Positions 41,877 through 53,596 of a stretch of DNA of 64,000 nucleotides are shown here, in pieces. Made by a program: the position numbers and the translations under genes. The notes below the pieces were generated by a model. The model did no database searches. It was not told the DNA's origin and saw nothing but the letters and a program-made list of their open reading frames with translations. Each line of letters begins with the position of its first letter. Within the stretch, counting starts at the first letter, position 1. Source of the DNA: the human T2T-CHM13v2.0 reference genome, Homo sapiens; NCBI RefSeq assembly GCF_009914755.1, contig NC_060931.1, one strand, 5' to 3'.

Positions 41877-43259
41877 ACTCTCTAAACATACCATGTTGCC
41901 AGAATTCAACTACTCAAAGTTAAGTAGGGCATCGAGGTTGAGCCATGTGATTCCTGTTGTATCTGTCCAGATATGAATCTGTGCTATATTTCATTGCCTC
42001 TTACTAAGCTTCCACCATCTACTCTTTTACCCATTCATTTGCCCATTTACTCAAAACAGAAAATTCGAATATTTCATACAAGATGTGATTGACTTCCAAA
42101 GATGTCATAATCAGTTTTAGTGAAAGTCCAATAAGTTCAGCCCGATTCAGGCAACATAAACAATTCTGAGAATTCCTCTTTCTTTGAGATGAGCCAGAGA
42201 CTCTGGCACCTCAGATGAAGGGACTTAGGGTGGTGTTTACATTAATTTGGCCTTAATAGATTAAGAATAAATTAATTTAAATTATTTAGCGTGAATATCT
42301 CCTTTCTAGCTGGGAAAACATTCAAAGATGTCTATGCAAGATTTATATTCTCTCTAGATCATAACCTCTGTGGATTTTCTTTCTAAGCTTTACCTGGCTC
42401 TTTCTTACCTGACTGGCACTATTGGTCCTTCTTTTTAAGTAAATTTGTTCCTTTCCATTATAGCTTTAGACCCAGTGTTTCAGGTGTTGTTTGTTTGTTT
42501 GTTTGTTTGTTCCAATTTGAAATTGCTTCATTTATATGGTAGATCTTTGTTCACTTCCATAACAGACTCTGGCTCTAGACCCTCCAAATTGTCTGGCCGT
42601 TAAACCAGATGGCTTGCCACTTGGTGTAAAATATAAGGTTAAACTTTCCCTTTTAGGTGTCTATGCAAATGCACAAAGACCAGCACAGGTTTTCATAGTG
42701 CCAGTAACTAAAAATATTCTTTACAGTCTGCATGACCCCAGGAGAAATTTCCATGACCAAAGTAAAGGAGCCCTAAGGCAGATTATCAGGGCTAGACAGG
42801 AACAAAGAGGGACATTTCCATCCAGTCCCACTGTGTGCTTGTGTCAAAAACTTGCTGTCTTAACAGAGAAGATTCTGTGCGCACCTCTCTACTATGCCAA
42901 AGATACTTTCTGAGCTGGACAGCACCACTACACACCATTATTCCCATCAGAACCTCTCCTTTTATCTCTACTTTGAGACTATTTTTTTTAAGAGTACATC
43001 TGAGTCAATCACAAAGAGGTACAGGTAAGGCAACATTTCCTTCTATTGTGATAATTTAGCAGTAGGAAAGCCTAGCAGTAGGGACAAATTTGAATGCAAT
43101 GCACTCTGAAATAGCAATTTTTTCCAAGAAAGGAAGGACTACAGAACTTTTAAAGATAAGAGTGAATTATTTGAAATAATTCTATGTGGTCAGATGATGA
43201 GGCAGTGGGAGAGGGAGACCTCTCTTCAGTCCAGTGGTACATACAAAAGAGATGATATT

Positions 43260-43720
43260 TCACGGTGGTCAAGTGCGTAGGCATGGCTCCTTAATAATTG
43301 TATTGCCTTAGGCAGGTTACTTAACCTCACTGTACCTCAGTTTCCCCATATATTTTTTTGTGAGGCTTAAATGAGTGAAATCACCTAAAGCTCTTAGAAT
43401 GGTTTAACAGAAAACCAAACACTGCATGTTCTCACTCATAAGCGGGAGTTGAACAATGAGAACACATGGACACAGGGAGGGGAACATTACACAGTGGGGC
43501 CTGTTGGGTGGTGGGGGGCTAGAGGAGGAATAGCATTAGGAGAAATACCTAATGTAGATGACGGGTTGATGGATGCTGCAAACCACCATGGTATGTGTAT
43601 ACCTATATAACAAACCTGCACATTCTGCACATGTATCCCAGAACTTAATGTAAAATAATAATAATAATAATAATAATAAACAATGGTTCCTGGCACAGAG
43701 TAATCATTCAGCATCTGTCA
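43260..43720 (+). mobile_element. MIR interrupted by an L1PA fragment
   Basis: CCTTAGGCAGGTTACTTAACCTCACTGTACCTCAGTTTCCCCAT core; resumes as CCTGGCACAGAGTAA after the L1. Confidence 0.8.
43406..43678 (+). mobile_element. L1PA (about PA6-PA8) 3' end with (AAT)n tail
   Basis: CATGTTCTCACTCATAAGCGGGAGTTGAACAATGAGAACACATGGACACAGGGAGGGGAAC...CCCAGAACTTAA; AATGGTT repeated on both flanks. Confidence 0.95.
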
Positions 43721-43910
43721 CTTATTGACATTAGATAATTAGTAACTGGACACCAGAAATCCATGTGGGAAAAGAGCCAGACTTCTGAATTAATAACTTA
43801 ACATAGACACTAACAGCACTTGCATGGGCTGTGAGGCTGTGTTCAGCTGCTCTTGTCTTGTGTTGCTATAGAGGAAGACCACAGACGGGGTAATTTGTAA
43901 AGAAAAGAGG

Positions 43911-44221
43911 AGTTGTTTTTTGTTTTTGTTTTTGTTTTTGAGACGGAGTCAAGCTCCTGTCGCCCAGGCAGGAGTACAGGGAGCGATCTCTGCTTACTGC
44001 AAACTCCGCCTCCTAGGTTCAAGTGATTCTCCTGCCTCAGCCTCCTGAGTAGCTGGGACTACAGGCACATGCCACCACGCCTGGCCAATTTTTGTATTTT
44101 TAGTAGAGACGGGGTTTCACCATGTTGGCCAGGCTGGTCTCGAACTCCTGACTTCAAGTGATCTGCTAGCCTCAGCCTCCCAAAATGCTGGGATTATAGG
44201 CGTGAGCCAAGGCGCCTGGCC
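43911..44221 (-). mobile_element. AluS (Sx/Sz-like)
   Basis: Full dimer with (TTTTTG)n tail; TSD AAGAAAAGAGG at 43900-43910 and 44222-44232. Confidence 0.96.
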
Positions 44222-44236
44222 AAGAAAAGAGGTTTG

Positions 44237-44365
44237 CCCATTTGTGCCTCATGTTCCATTATTGGAGTGCAAGCATGTGGTAGTTATTTATATCCTACTG
44301 CTCAAGGTCATCGCCAAGGTCTGATTGCAAAAATTCAAAAAACTGCAATCTCAGGCATAAATGGG
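44237..44365. mobile_element. MER85 piggyBac (PGBD3-derived) MITE
   Basis: TIRs CCCATTTGTGCCT / AGGCATAAATGGG, TTAA on the right flank (left decayed to TTTG), internal TATCCTACTGCTCAAGGTCATCGCCAAGGTCTGATTGCAAAAATTC. Confidence 0.9.
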
Positions 44366-44949
44366 TTAATGGCTCATGGTTCTGCAGGCTCTACAGAAAG
44401 TATGGGGCTGGCATCTGCTTCTGGTCAGGGCCTCAGGGAACTTAGGGAACTTATAATCACTGTGGAAGGTCAAGGGGAGCCAGTGCATTGTTTGGTGAGA
44501 GCAGGAACAAGAGAGCTGGGGGGAGATGTCACACAATTTTACACATCCAGATCTCATCACCAAGGGGACAGTGCAAAGCCATTCATGAGGGATCTGCCAC
44601 CATGATCCAAACACCTCATAAGGCCCCACCTCCAACACTGGGGATTAGATTACAACATGAGATTTGGAGGGGATAAACATCCAAATTGTATCAGAGGGAA
44701 AACAAAAACAAAAACAAAAACAAACAAACAAACAAAAAACCTCTCAGCATGAATACTGGCAAACTATCCTGAATAGTCTTATCAATGAGTGTGAGAAACA
44801 TGTGTGCATTATTTTTCACACAAATACACACAGGACAGAAATGTAAACACTCACCAGAAAACCTATCGAAAGAATCCACGTCATAAACTAAGATGAAAAA
44901 TACAGTAACTCAACAGGAAAGCAAAAAGATACTTTTGGGAGATTTGCTG

Positions 44950-46820
44950 AGGCAAACAGAAGCGTTTTAGGGGAAGCAGATCTTGTACTCATTATTAAAT
45001 GGAGGAACATGATCACTGAAAGAGAAAATGAAATATTAAATCAGACAAAATATTCTCAGATGAAATAGATGCTAAATGAATAGCTCACATGTGTAAAAGA
45101 GAGCAGGATGAAACAAGGGATTATTGTAAAAAAAAAAAACTAAAAATAAAATATCTAAACACATATCGGCTTTAGAAATAAAGGAAGCAAAGTCAACACT
45201 ACCTGAAATGAAGTCGATGATTAAGGAAATCTTGAGAAATTCTTCCAGAACACAGAACATAAAGACAAAAAGAAGAAAAGACAAGAGAGAAGACTAGAAG
45301 TGTGAAATAGAAAAGAATTAAATTCCATCCATGGCCAATTGGTAGTTTAGAAAAAGGGGTTAGATTAGATTGGAAAAAGGGATTAGACCAACTGGGATAA
45401 GAGCCAATAATCTTCCTTCTAAATTGACCAAGGGGAGTGGGGAAAAGAATAACATTTATTATCTGGAGAAATATACCAGTCTATAGATTGAAATATTTTA
45501 TTTGTGACAAATATTAAAATTAATTTTTAAAATTATTAATACATATTAGTTTACTAGTTCAAATTAAAAACGTGGTTTACTTTCAAAAACAGTAACAAAT
45601 TATACTGTCTTAAATATTCAAGACGGAAAATTGCACATTAAGGTCTCTGAAAAATTATGCTATAATTAGATGTTTTCCAAAATTACTTGACTGTAAATTT
45701 CCTTTTTTTAAGTGACACCAATTAACATGTTGCAAAAGTAGTGTTTTATACTACACAGTTTGATAAACATAAACCAATCATATGTTGCAAACTTTGAGGG
45801 AAAAAAGTTACATTGAAATACCATTATGGAGTTTTACAACTACCTCCCCACACAAAAAAATTAAGATCCCTACCTGTATTAGTTTGCTACGGCTACCATA
45901 ACAAAATACCATAGACTGGGTGGTTTAAATAACAGAAACTTATTTCCTTACAATTTGGAGGCTAGAAGTCTAAGATTAAGGTGTCAGCAGGGTTAGTTTC
46001 TTCTGAGGCCTCTCTCCTTGCCTTTTAGACAGCCACCTTCTTCGTGTGTTTTCACATGGTCTTTCCTCTGAGTGAGAAGATTTGTATCCTAATCTCCTTT
46101 TATGAGGATACCAGTCATACCGATTAGGGTCCACCCTAATGATCTTATTTTAACTTAATTACTTCTTAAAGACCCTATCTGCAAATACAGTCATATTCGT
46201 AGGTACTGGGAGTTTTGACTTCAACATATGAATTTGGGGAATATAGGGTCAGTGACACAATTCAGCCCCATAATACTACCAAAGGAAAAATAAAGTTTCT
46301 CAGACTTCCAGCCAACATTAACAGCCAGAAGACATAGAACATTTTATTCAGGGTTTTGTGGAGCAAAAAATATACTATATAAGCTAATAATTCTATACCC
46401 AATCATACTGTAGTTCATATAAGAAGACAAATCAAAGAAATTTTCAATAGTATAAAAATTCAGAAGATTTACTCCTATTGCAAGATATAAAATTCAGTAA
46501 TTATAAAAATGTATTATAAAATAATGCATACAAAAATATAGCTGTGTTAAAAACAGGACTTGAGAAAGTAGATGGATAATATTAAAATAAACAATGATTA
46601 TACCTTGAATCTGAACTTCCAAAAATAAGTAAAGGGATGAATGAGAATTAAATTTATCAACTTAATACTGTAACATTCATTTCAGTTATATCAATAGGTA
46701 TGACTTAATCATGATGTTTATAACTAGTATCTGTATTTGTTCTTTTTCCTTAAAGGTAAACATTTGTAAAAATAAAAACAAGTGTATAACTTCCAAATCG
46801 TAAGAGAAAACAAAGAAAGC
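44950..46820 (+). mobile_element. Fragmented ancient L1M/HAL1-like ORF1 region
   Basis: A-rich sequence with TCCAGAACACAGAACATAAAGAC, TCAGACTTC...GCCAGAAGACA and ATTCTATACCCA motifs. Confidence 0.5.
45875..46275 (-). mobile_element. MLT1A/B solo LTR
   Basis: TGTATTAGTTTGCTACGGCTACCATAACAAAATACCA...ACACAATTCAGCCCCATAATA; perfect 5-bp TSD CTACC (45870-45874, 46276-46280). Confidence 0.93.
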
Positions 46821-46949
46821 ATAGTTCACTCAAATCAGCTGTTCTCAAACTTTTTTTTTTCAGTTTTGATTTGAGTATGACAATTGTTTATATATATATA
46901 TAACCCACATAAGCAAAAGCTCTTCTGAGATCTCAAAAGAGCACAAAAA

Positions 46950-47247
46950 TTAAATTTAAAATTTAGTTTTGCAGGATGAATAAGTTCTTGTGATCTAATG
47001 CACAACATAGTGACTGTAATTAGTAATACTGTGTTGTATACTTAGAATTCGCTAAAAAAGTAGGTATTAAATATTCTCACCACACACATACACCCAAAAA
47101 ACTATGCAAAGTGGTGAATATGTTAATTACCTTAACTGCAGTGAGCATTTTACATGTATACATATATCAAAACATCACCTTGTACACTTTAAATATGTAA
47201 AATTTTAATTTATCAATTATACCTCAAAAAGGCTGGGAAAATAAAAA
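46950..47247 (+). mobile_element. L1MA9/10-like 3' end
   Basis: GGATGAATAAGTTCTTGTGATCTAATGCACAACATAGTGACT...TCAAAACATCACCTTGTACAC...ATTATACCTCAAAAAGGCTGG. Confidence 0.85.
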
Positions 47248-47404
47248 TGTATACATGCACCAGATTAAAAACATTGACAAGAACATTCCAAAGTCACTCC
47301 AGGACCAAGGCTCGTCATGACTAAAGTATCTGTGTGAGATGAATTATCTGGCAAAAGGCAAGAAGCCAGGGATTTCTGTTTGTTTTTATTTCATATTTCA
47401 ATAT

Positions 47405-47610
47405 AAGTGGGTAGATACTTACCAATATTTAACAACAGTCTAGGGCAAGAGGGAGTTCTGATTTATAACATTTGCCCGTTTCCTGTTTTTATGGTATATG
47501 AACTATAGACCATTTCAAGATATCCATGTGACGTCTTGGAATATAGTTTGGAAGAGACGTGCTTGATCAGTTCTCCCTAACCAATATGAGCTGGCTCCAG
47601 TACATCATTG
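47405..47610 (-). mobile_element. MER63-type hAT DNA transposon relic
   Basis: CTGATTTATAACATTTGCC...ATTTCAAG...GAGCTGGCTCCAGTACATCATTG; inverse of the element at about 62500-62703. Confidence 0.7.
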
Positions 47611-49117
47611 ACCATAAAGGAAGAAAAGTGATCAGAAGTAAAACTTTGACTGTGGTTGGTCCCAGCATTTAAATTAACATCAAAGCTATTTCTCTTGCAA
47701 TATTGTATAGAAATTGTTGCTAACTGGACCACTTCAATTTTCACTTAAGACCTTAGAGCTGTCTCACATTAGAATAACTATTCAATCATAAGATCTCCTA
47801 GGCCACATCCTTCTGTGTTTTAGTGTAGCCCTGAACTACACCAGTTTCCCATTTTCAGTATACATAAAAGAAAGCATCGTTCTGAGATGTTTATTGAGAT
47901 CCTTGTCTAAGTTATCAAGAAAACCACATTTATTGGTACTGCTTCTCTTCTTCAGGGCAGGTCAAGGAAAGATGCTCAAGGCTTCAGTTGATCTTTATTC
48001 AGATCTTCCTCCGACCTTTTCAAATATAGATGCCACACTTTTTCAGAAGGGCAGGTTTCTTATTCCTCTGCATTCCAGTACTATAGATCCTCGACAGTAT
48101 GAGTGACCTGACTTTGCTGAAAGGTCAGAAGGAAGCATTGTTCTATGATTTCCCTATCACCGCTATGAAAACTCAGTGTACTCAGTATGGATTCTCTACT
48201 AGTTTAAGTGAGCTTGAGATAATTCAGGTTACTTTTTGATATATTTTCTGATTGCCAAGAGCTATTTACTCAGAACTGACAGGTCAGGGGCTCCTGGATC
48301 CTTTGCAAACATAAGTATATATTTGAATCATCATGGGTTCCTAGCCTGGGCCACTGACAAAACAGTCTTCATAGGGCAGAGAACAATAGAGTTGCATGTT
48401 GTATTCTTGTCTCAAGTACCATTGTAGCATTTTGCATCTACTGAAATAAAATATCCAAAGGACTAAGCCAATACTTTACTATTAAATTTCACAGTGCCCT
48501 AGACATATATTTAGTTACGGATCAGACCAACTTAGCAAAGTGTAATTGGTTATCCACAAGTCTGGTTCTGATGTGAGGCACTGGCACTCCACATTCTTGA
48601 AATACAACATAGAATTGCCTGTTGAACTTTTCAAAGATCATGGGTGATTAGAAAAACCGTCCTCTACTGACATGTGGAGAAAGTGACAATGCAGGAAAGC
48701 ATCAGCTCTTGATTAGAAAGGCATGATCCTCCCTTTCCTTCTCATTTTCATACTTTCACACCATCTTCCCATGTAACACAGCTTCAAAACGGTCACTCAG
48801 GGACTGGCTTCTAGATTTTTCTGTATTGAATTTGACAGTTGAGGCTTAATGATAAGTAACCTGCCTGCAGCAGAAATAACTTTATCTTGTGCAATATGGT
48901 AAGCCCTGGTGGTAGAAGGAGTGAGAGAGACAGTATTCATTAAATAACTTTATGTAAATATATTGCAGCATGGGTACCACAATAACACACCACACTTACA
49001 ATGCTGCAGCATCTAACACTCACTCCAGCTAGTCCCACTTTTTTTTTAATCCATAAGAAATGCTACCTAACAAACTAGAAAGAGAAGATAAAATGTTTTT
49101 AAAAATCTGAATGCATT

Positions 49118-49582
49118 CGTGTCAATTTACCATCCTCTAAAAGCTGACCCTGAGACAAGGATTCAGGTGCAAGTGAATTGGGAGGTGATCCCAGGAAGCA
49201 GAGTGAAAGAATAAAGAAGTGAGAAAGAAAGGAAAGAGGGCCATAAAGAGGGTGTGTTAATGGGTAGGTTATCACTGTAGGCAACAGGACTTCAATCCTC
49301 CTGGGAATCTTCAGAGACACAATGGAAGCACACCTCCTAGGTAGAAGATTGCTGGGATACTTAGCCACCTCCCTTCTCCCTTTGGCTGATGGTGGCTCTT
49401 GTACACTTTAAAAACGAGACACTTTGGGCCTGCCCTGTACTCCAAGTGAACATGAGCTCAGGCAGAAAGAGACACTGTTGCTTAAGGTAGGAAGACATTG
49501 ATGTATGCAATAACTGTGCATCAAAGCTGCAGGCAAACCCTGGGCTGAAGTAATCTGACGGAAACTGACAGTATCTACTACA
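49118..49582 (-). mobile_element. LTR16-type ERVL solo LTR
   Basis: AAGCTGACCCTGAGACAAGGATTCAGGTGCAAGTG...TTGGGAGGTGATCCCAGGAAGCA. Confidence 0.75.
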
Positions 49583-50199
49583 ACACACCTCCTTCAAGCA
49601 TGGCTGAGATGCAGCAGCCAGAAATGAAAAAACAAGAAATAAGGCATTAAAAAACAAGAACCATGTGCAGAAAGGAGATGGTGGCAGATACTGAGTAATC
49701 CATAGAAACCCACTCTGCCCTCTTTTCCCTCTTGTTGCTCCTCTCTTTTCAGAAAATGTCCTGAACTCACACTGACTGCCCATAGACCTGCAGTCACACA
49801 GGCCCACAAGTACTACTAGCTTCTCCATTCCCCAGTCCGAGTCTTCCTCTCTTCTTATCAAAATTAAACTGACCTGCCCTTTTGTCCATTTTCTCAATAC
49901 TTTCTACTTTCAAAAGTAACCTACTATTGCCAGCTAAACTCTTGTGTATCATAAGTTTGTTGATTAATATGTTATCTCACCCAAGGATATTTATAATTTG
50001 TCAGTAGACCAATGGCTATTTTATGAATTAAGGTATAATTAATGGTATACTTCTAGATAAAATGGTGGGTTGGTGGTAGAAGAATTCGGAGAGATAAGGA
50101 CATTCTTAATTACCGATGATATCTGTTCCCCTAAAAGGTGAGAAATATGCCCCCATTTGGAAGTTCACATTGACTAATATTATTTTGAAATCACTGAGG

Positions 50200-51030
50200 A
50201 GTTCAGCTTTAATTATCCCTATTTATTATTTAACTTAGTTGTCCCCAACATATTTTACAAAAGAACTATTTAAACAATGTTGAACCTATTTTATTATCTT
50301 TAAATATAATATTTGACATTTTCAAACAAGTACATGCTGCAAATTTACATATATAACATATATAAATACAATAATATATTGTATACATCATATATGTATA
50401 CAAAAATAATAAATATATATGTATATATAGAATAATAAATAAAATACCTGTGAACCTACTGCACAACCCATGAATGACAAATTTACCAATAACTTTGCAT
50501 GCAGCTATATGCTCTTCCCTATACCCCTCCCTACCTCTCCCCCAGAAGTAAATAACTCCATCCTGAATTTTTCCTGTATCATTACTTTGCTTTTTAAAAA
50601 ATGGCTTTTCTCACAGACGACTGGTGAATAAACAATACACTGGCTAATTTTGTTTGTTTTTGAGATTCATGAAAACATTATATGTGGTATTATGGGACTT
50701 GTGACTTTATAAATTTTATTTTTCAATGTTATATTCTTAAGAGTAATTTTTATGTTTAGATGTAACATGTAGCTGCAGAGCATTTCTTTTCACTGCTGTG
50801 TAAAATTCCATTATAAATATATTTTAATTTATTTATTTAGTCTCCTATTTACTTACATTTGTATCATTTCCTCATTTTGATATTAAGAATAATATTCATA
50901 TAAAATATTCTTGTATCTGTTTTTTGGTGTACCTGTGCAAGAATATGTACCTAAATATGCAGGTGATGATGTATGTACTGAGATATAACAAAATATGAAA
51001 ATGTTCAACTTTACAAAATCATCACCATTC
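50200..51030 (-). mobile_element. L1ME-type fragment
   Basis: CCCCAGAAGTAAATAACTCCATCCTGAATTT...TTTTCACTGCTGTGTAAAATTCCATT...AATGTTCAACTTTACAA. Confidence 0.65.
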
Positions 51031-52210
51031 TTTGCAGAAGGTGGTGGAAATGAGCCAGACTGGCTGTCCTTTATGCAGCATGCTAAGTTCCACCAGAACG
51101 CAGGAGTCAGATTTTGGCATTATAAGCAACCTCCAAAAACAGAAGAAGGTAACCACCTAAAGCAAAGTCAGTGTTCAAGCTCATTCATATTCAGGTATTC
51201 TGCAAGGAAACAAACAACAAACAAACAAACAGGTATTAAATAAAGCAAAACAGAAATCAACAGGAAAATATTATTTTTCCTTTCAAAAGGATACCCTTCA
51301 GGAAAAGATAGACAAATGTGCTACACTTCCACAAACTCTCCTGGGATTCTTCCATGTCCCTTTCTGCCAGCTTTTGGGTGATTTGGAGTTCAGCAAATGC
51401 ACAAATAGGTCATGTGCAACCTTTAAATAGCTGAAGACAGCTAGATGTGCCAGCCCTGTTGGAGATATCATTGGAAAGCCTGCCACAGTTGACAAATAAT
51501 AGAGATTTTTTGGGGGGACAACAGTGGGTTCTATGGATGTCAGAATTTTCTGGGGGGACAACCTCGTCTTCAGTAGTGGTTCTACTGCCGTGGTGGGTTT
51601 AAGTATGAATCCAGTAGGTTATAGAAGAGACAGCTGCCTGTGCTTAATTGACTACTTCAGTCCCAATGTTTTCCTTGAGATGTAATAATTTCAAATAGGC
51701 ATATATTCATATAACAAGTATACTGGGTATGTGATTAACTTGTATCATTTCATAAAATTTGTTCCATATTGTTGTTGCTTTGCCAGTATAGCTTAAGTGG
51801 TCCACTGTCCTGAACAAATATCTAAGCCATTTATGTGCCCTATTAATTTGCACAAAAGCATCTATTTTTTATCAATATTGGGATGATGCTCTATGGCCAG
51901 GACAACTACCTGAAATTAGCCTACTGTGAAAAACGTCGACTGCTGTAAGATATCAGTAGTTTATTATATGTATGGCATATGGCATTCCTTGAGATTTTCC
52001 CATGTCGAAGAGACACTCTTTCAGTCATAGCAAGTCTTATAGGCTCCCAGTAAGCCAGAAGGTGGGAAAGGAGTAAGGGAGGTTATCTATGGGAATAAGG
52101 GTCTGTGCATATAATTTGCTAAGATATTAGTGATGCTTTATTTTTCTATTACACAATGCAAAATTTGGGAGGCTTATCTCATCTAATGGATGTTTAGTGC
52201 AAAGAGCACC

Positions 52211-52260
52211 CACTATGGAAAGAGACTGTCAGGTCACTATGGAAAGAGACTGTCAGGTCA
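52211..52260. repeat. Perfect 24-bp tandem duplication
   Basis: CACTATGGAAAGAGACTGTCAGGT twice. Confidence 0.95.
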
Positions 52261-52579
52261 GAGTCAGATAAGCGAGGTTGCTGATCAGCCCAGATGCCAA
52301 GGATAACTAATACAGTCTAATTGCCAAAGGCTTCTGTAACTTGTGAGATTGCTCTAAGCCACCTATAATTTCATGGGGTACAGAAGGAGAGAAGGAGCTC
52401 CAATGCAGGGGCTGCTTTATTTTTACCTAAACTTCTTCCAGGGTTTCTTCTTGTAGGGATCTCCTCTCAAATTTGACAGCTTATTTGGTGATTTGGTATA
52501 GGAGCTTTACATTCTTAGTTGTGGAGCATACTGTTTCTAAAACCACAGACGTCCATCTAAGGTTGAGCTTTATTCTAAG

Positions 52580-52582
<3 letters not shown>

Positions 52583-52630
<48 letters not shown>
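52583..52630. repeat. (AT)24 microsatellite
   Basis: Uninterrupted AT run. Confidence 0.97.
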
Positions 52631-52632
<2 letters not shown>

Positions 52633-53299
52633 GCTGTTTTATCTGCTGTTTAAAGTTTTTCATTTTCTAGGTATAATCTTTTTGTTTGTTTGTTTGTTTT
52701 GGAATCTATCACTTTAAGTCCTGATAGGTCTTGTTTCATGCTCATCTTTGTTAGCGCATTTTTTTGTTTCTTTAATCATTTCATATGTAATTATATAAGT
52801 TCCCTGATAATTCCAATATTAGTATTCCTTAGTGTCTAAAACTTTTGTTTATTTTTTTAAACCATTTCATATTATAGTTGGCCTCCTTATGTGCTTGATG
52901 ATCTTCATTAGTAAGCGTATTACTCAATGTTTATCTGCCCTGTGGGCCTAAATTTTAAGAACTTTCCTCCAAAAAGTATTTTCTTTTGTGGGTGACTGGG
53001 AGAGATACCCATTTGGAATCACTTCAGTTCTCTCCATATTTTGCAAGGGAATACATGCCCCAACTTCTTCACTGCACCAGAGGAGACCCACTGTCTTAAT
53101 AGCAATGTCCATCTTTATAGCCTCAGCTCCAATCCATCAATATGGTTCCAGATCACTGTTAGTGTGTACATGTGTATGAGAGGGCCAGGGAGGTCCTGAA
53201 AACATTCTCCACATCTTAAAAATCTAGCCATATGTCCTAGAATACCTTACGCGTAATATAGTTGCTTTACAGTGGAAGAATCCATTAGAGCATTCGGTT

Positions 53300-53596
<297 letters not shown>

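Larger units (their letters stand above)
43838..44693 (-). mobile_element. MST solo LTR carrying nested AluS and MER85
   Basis: TG start, TGGCTCATGGTTCTGCAGGCT..., end AACATGAGATTTGGAGGGGATAAACATCCAAATTGTATCA; flanks GAGGC/GAGGG (4/5 TSD). Confidence 0.9.
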
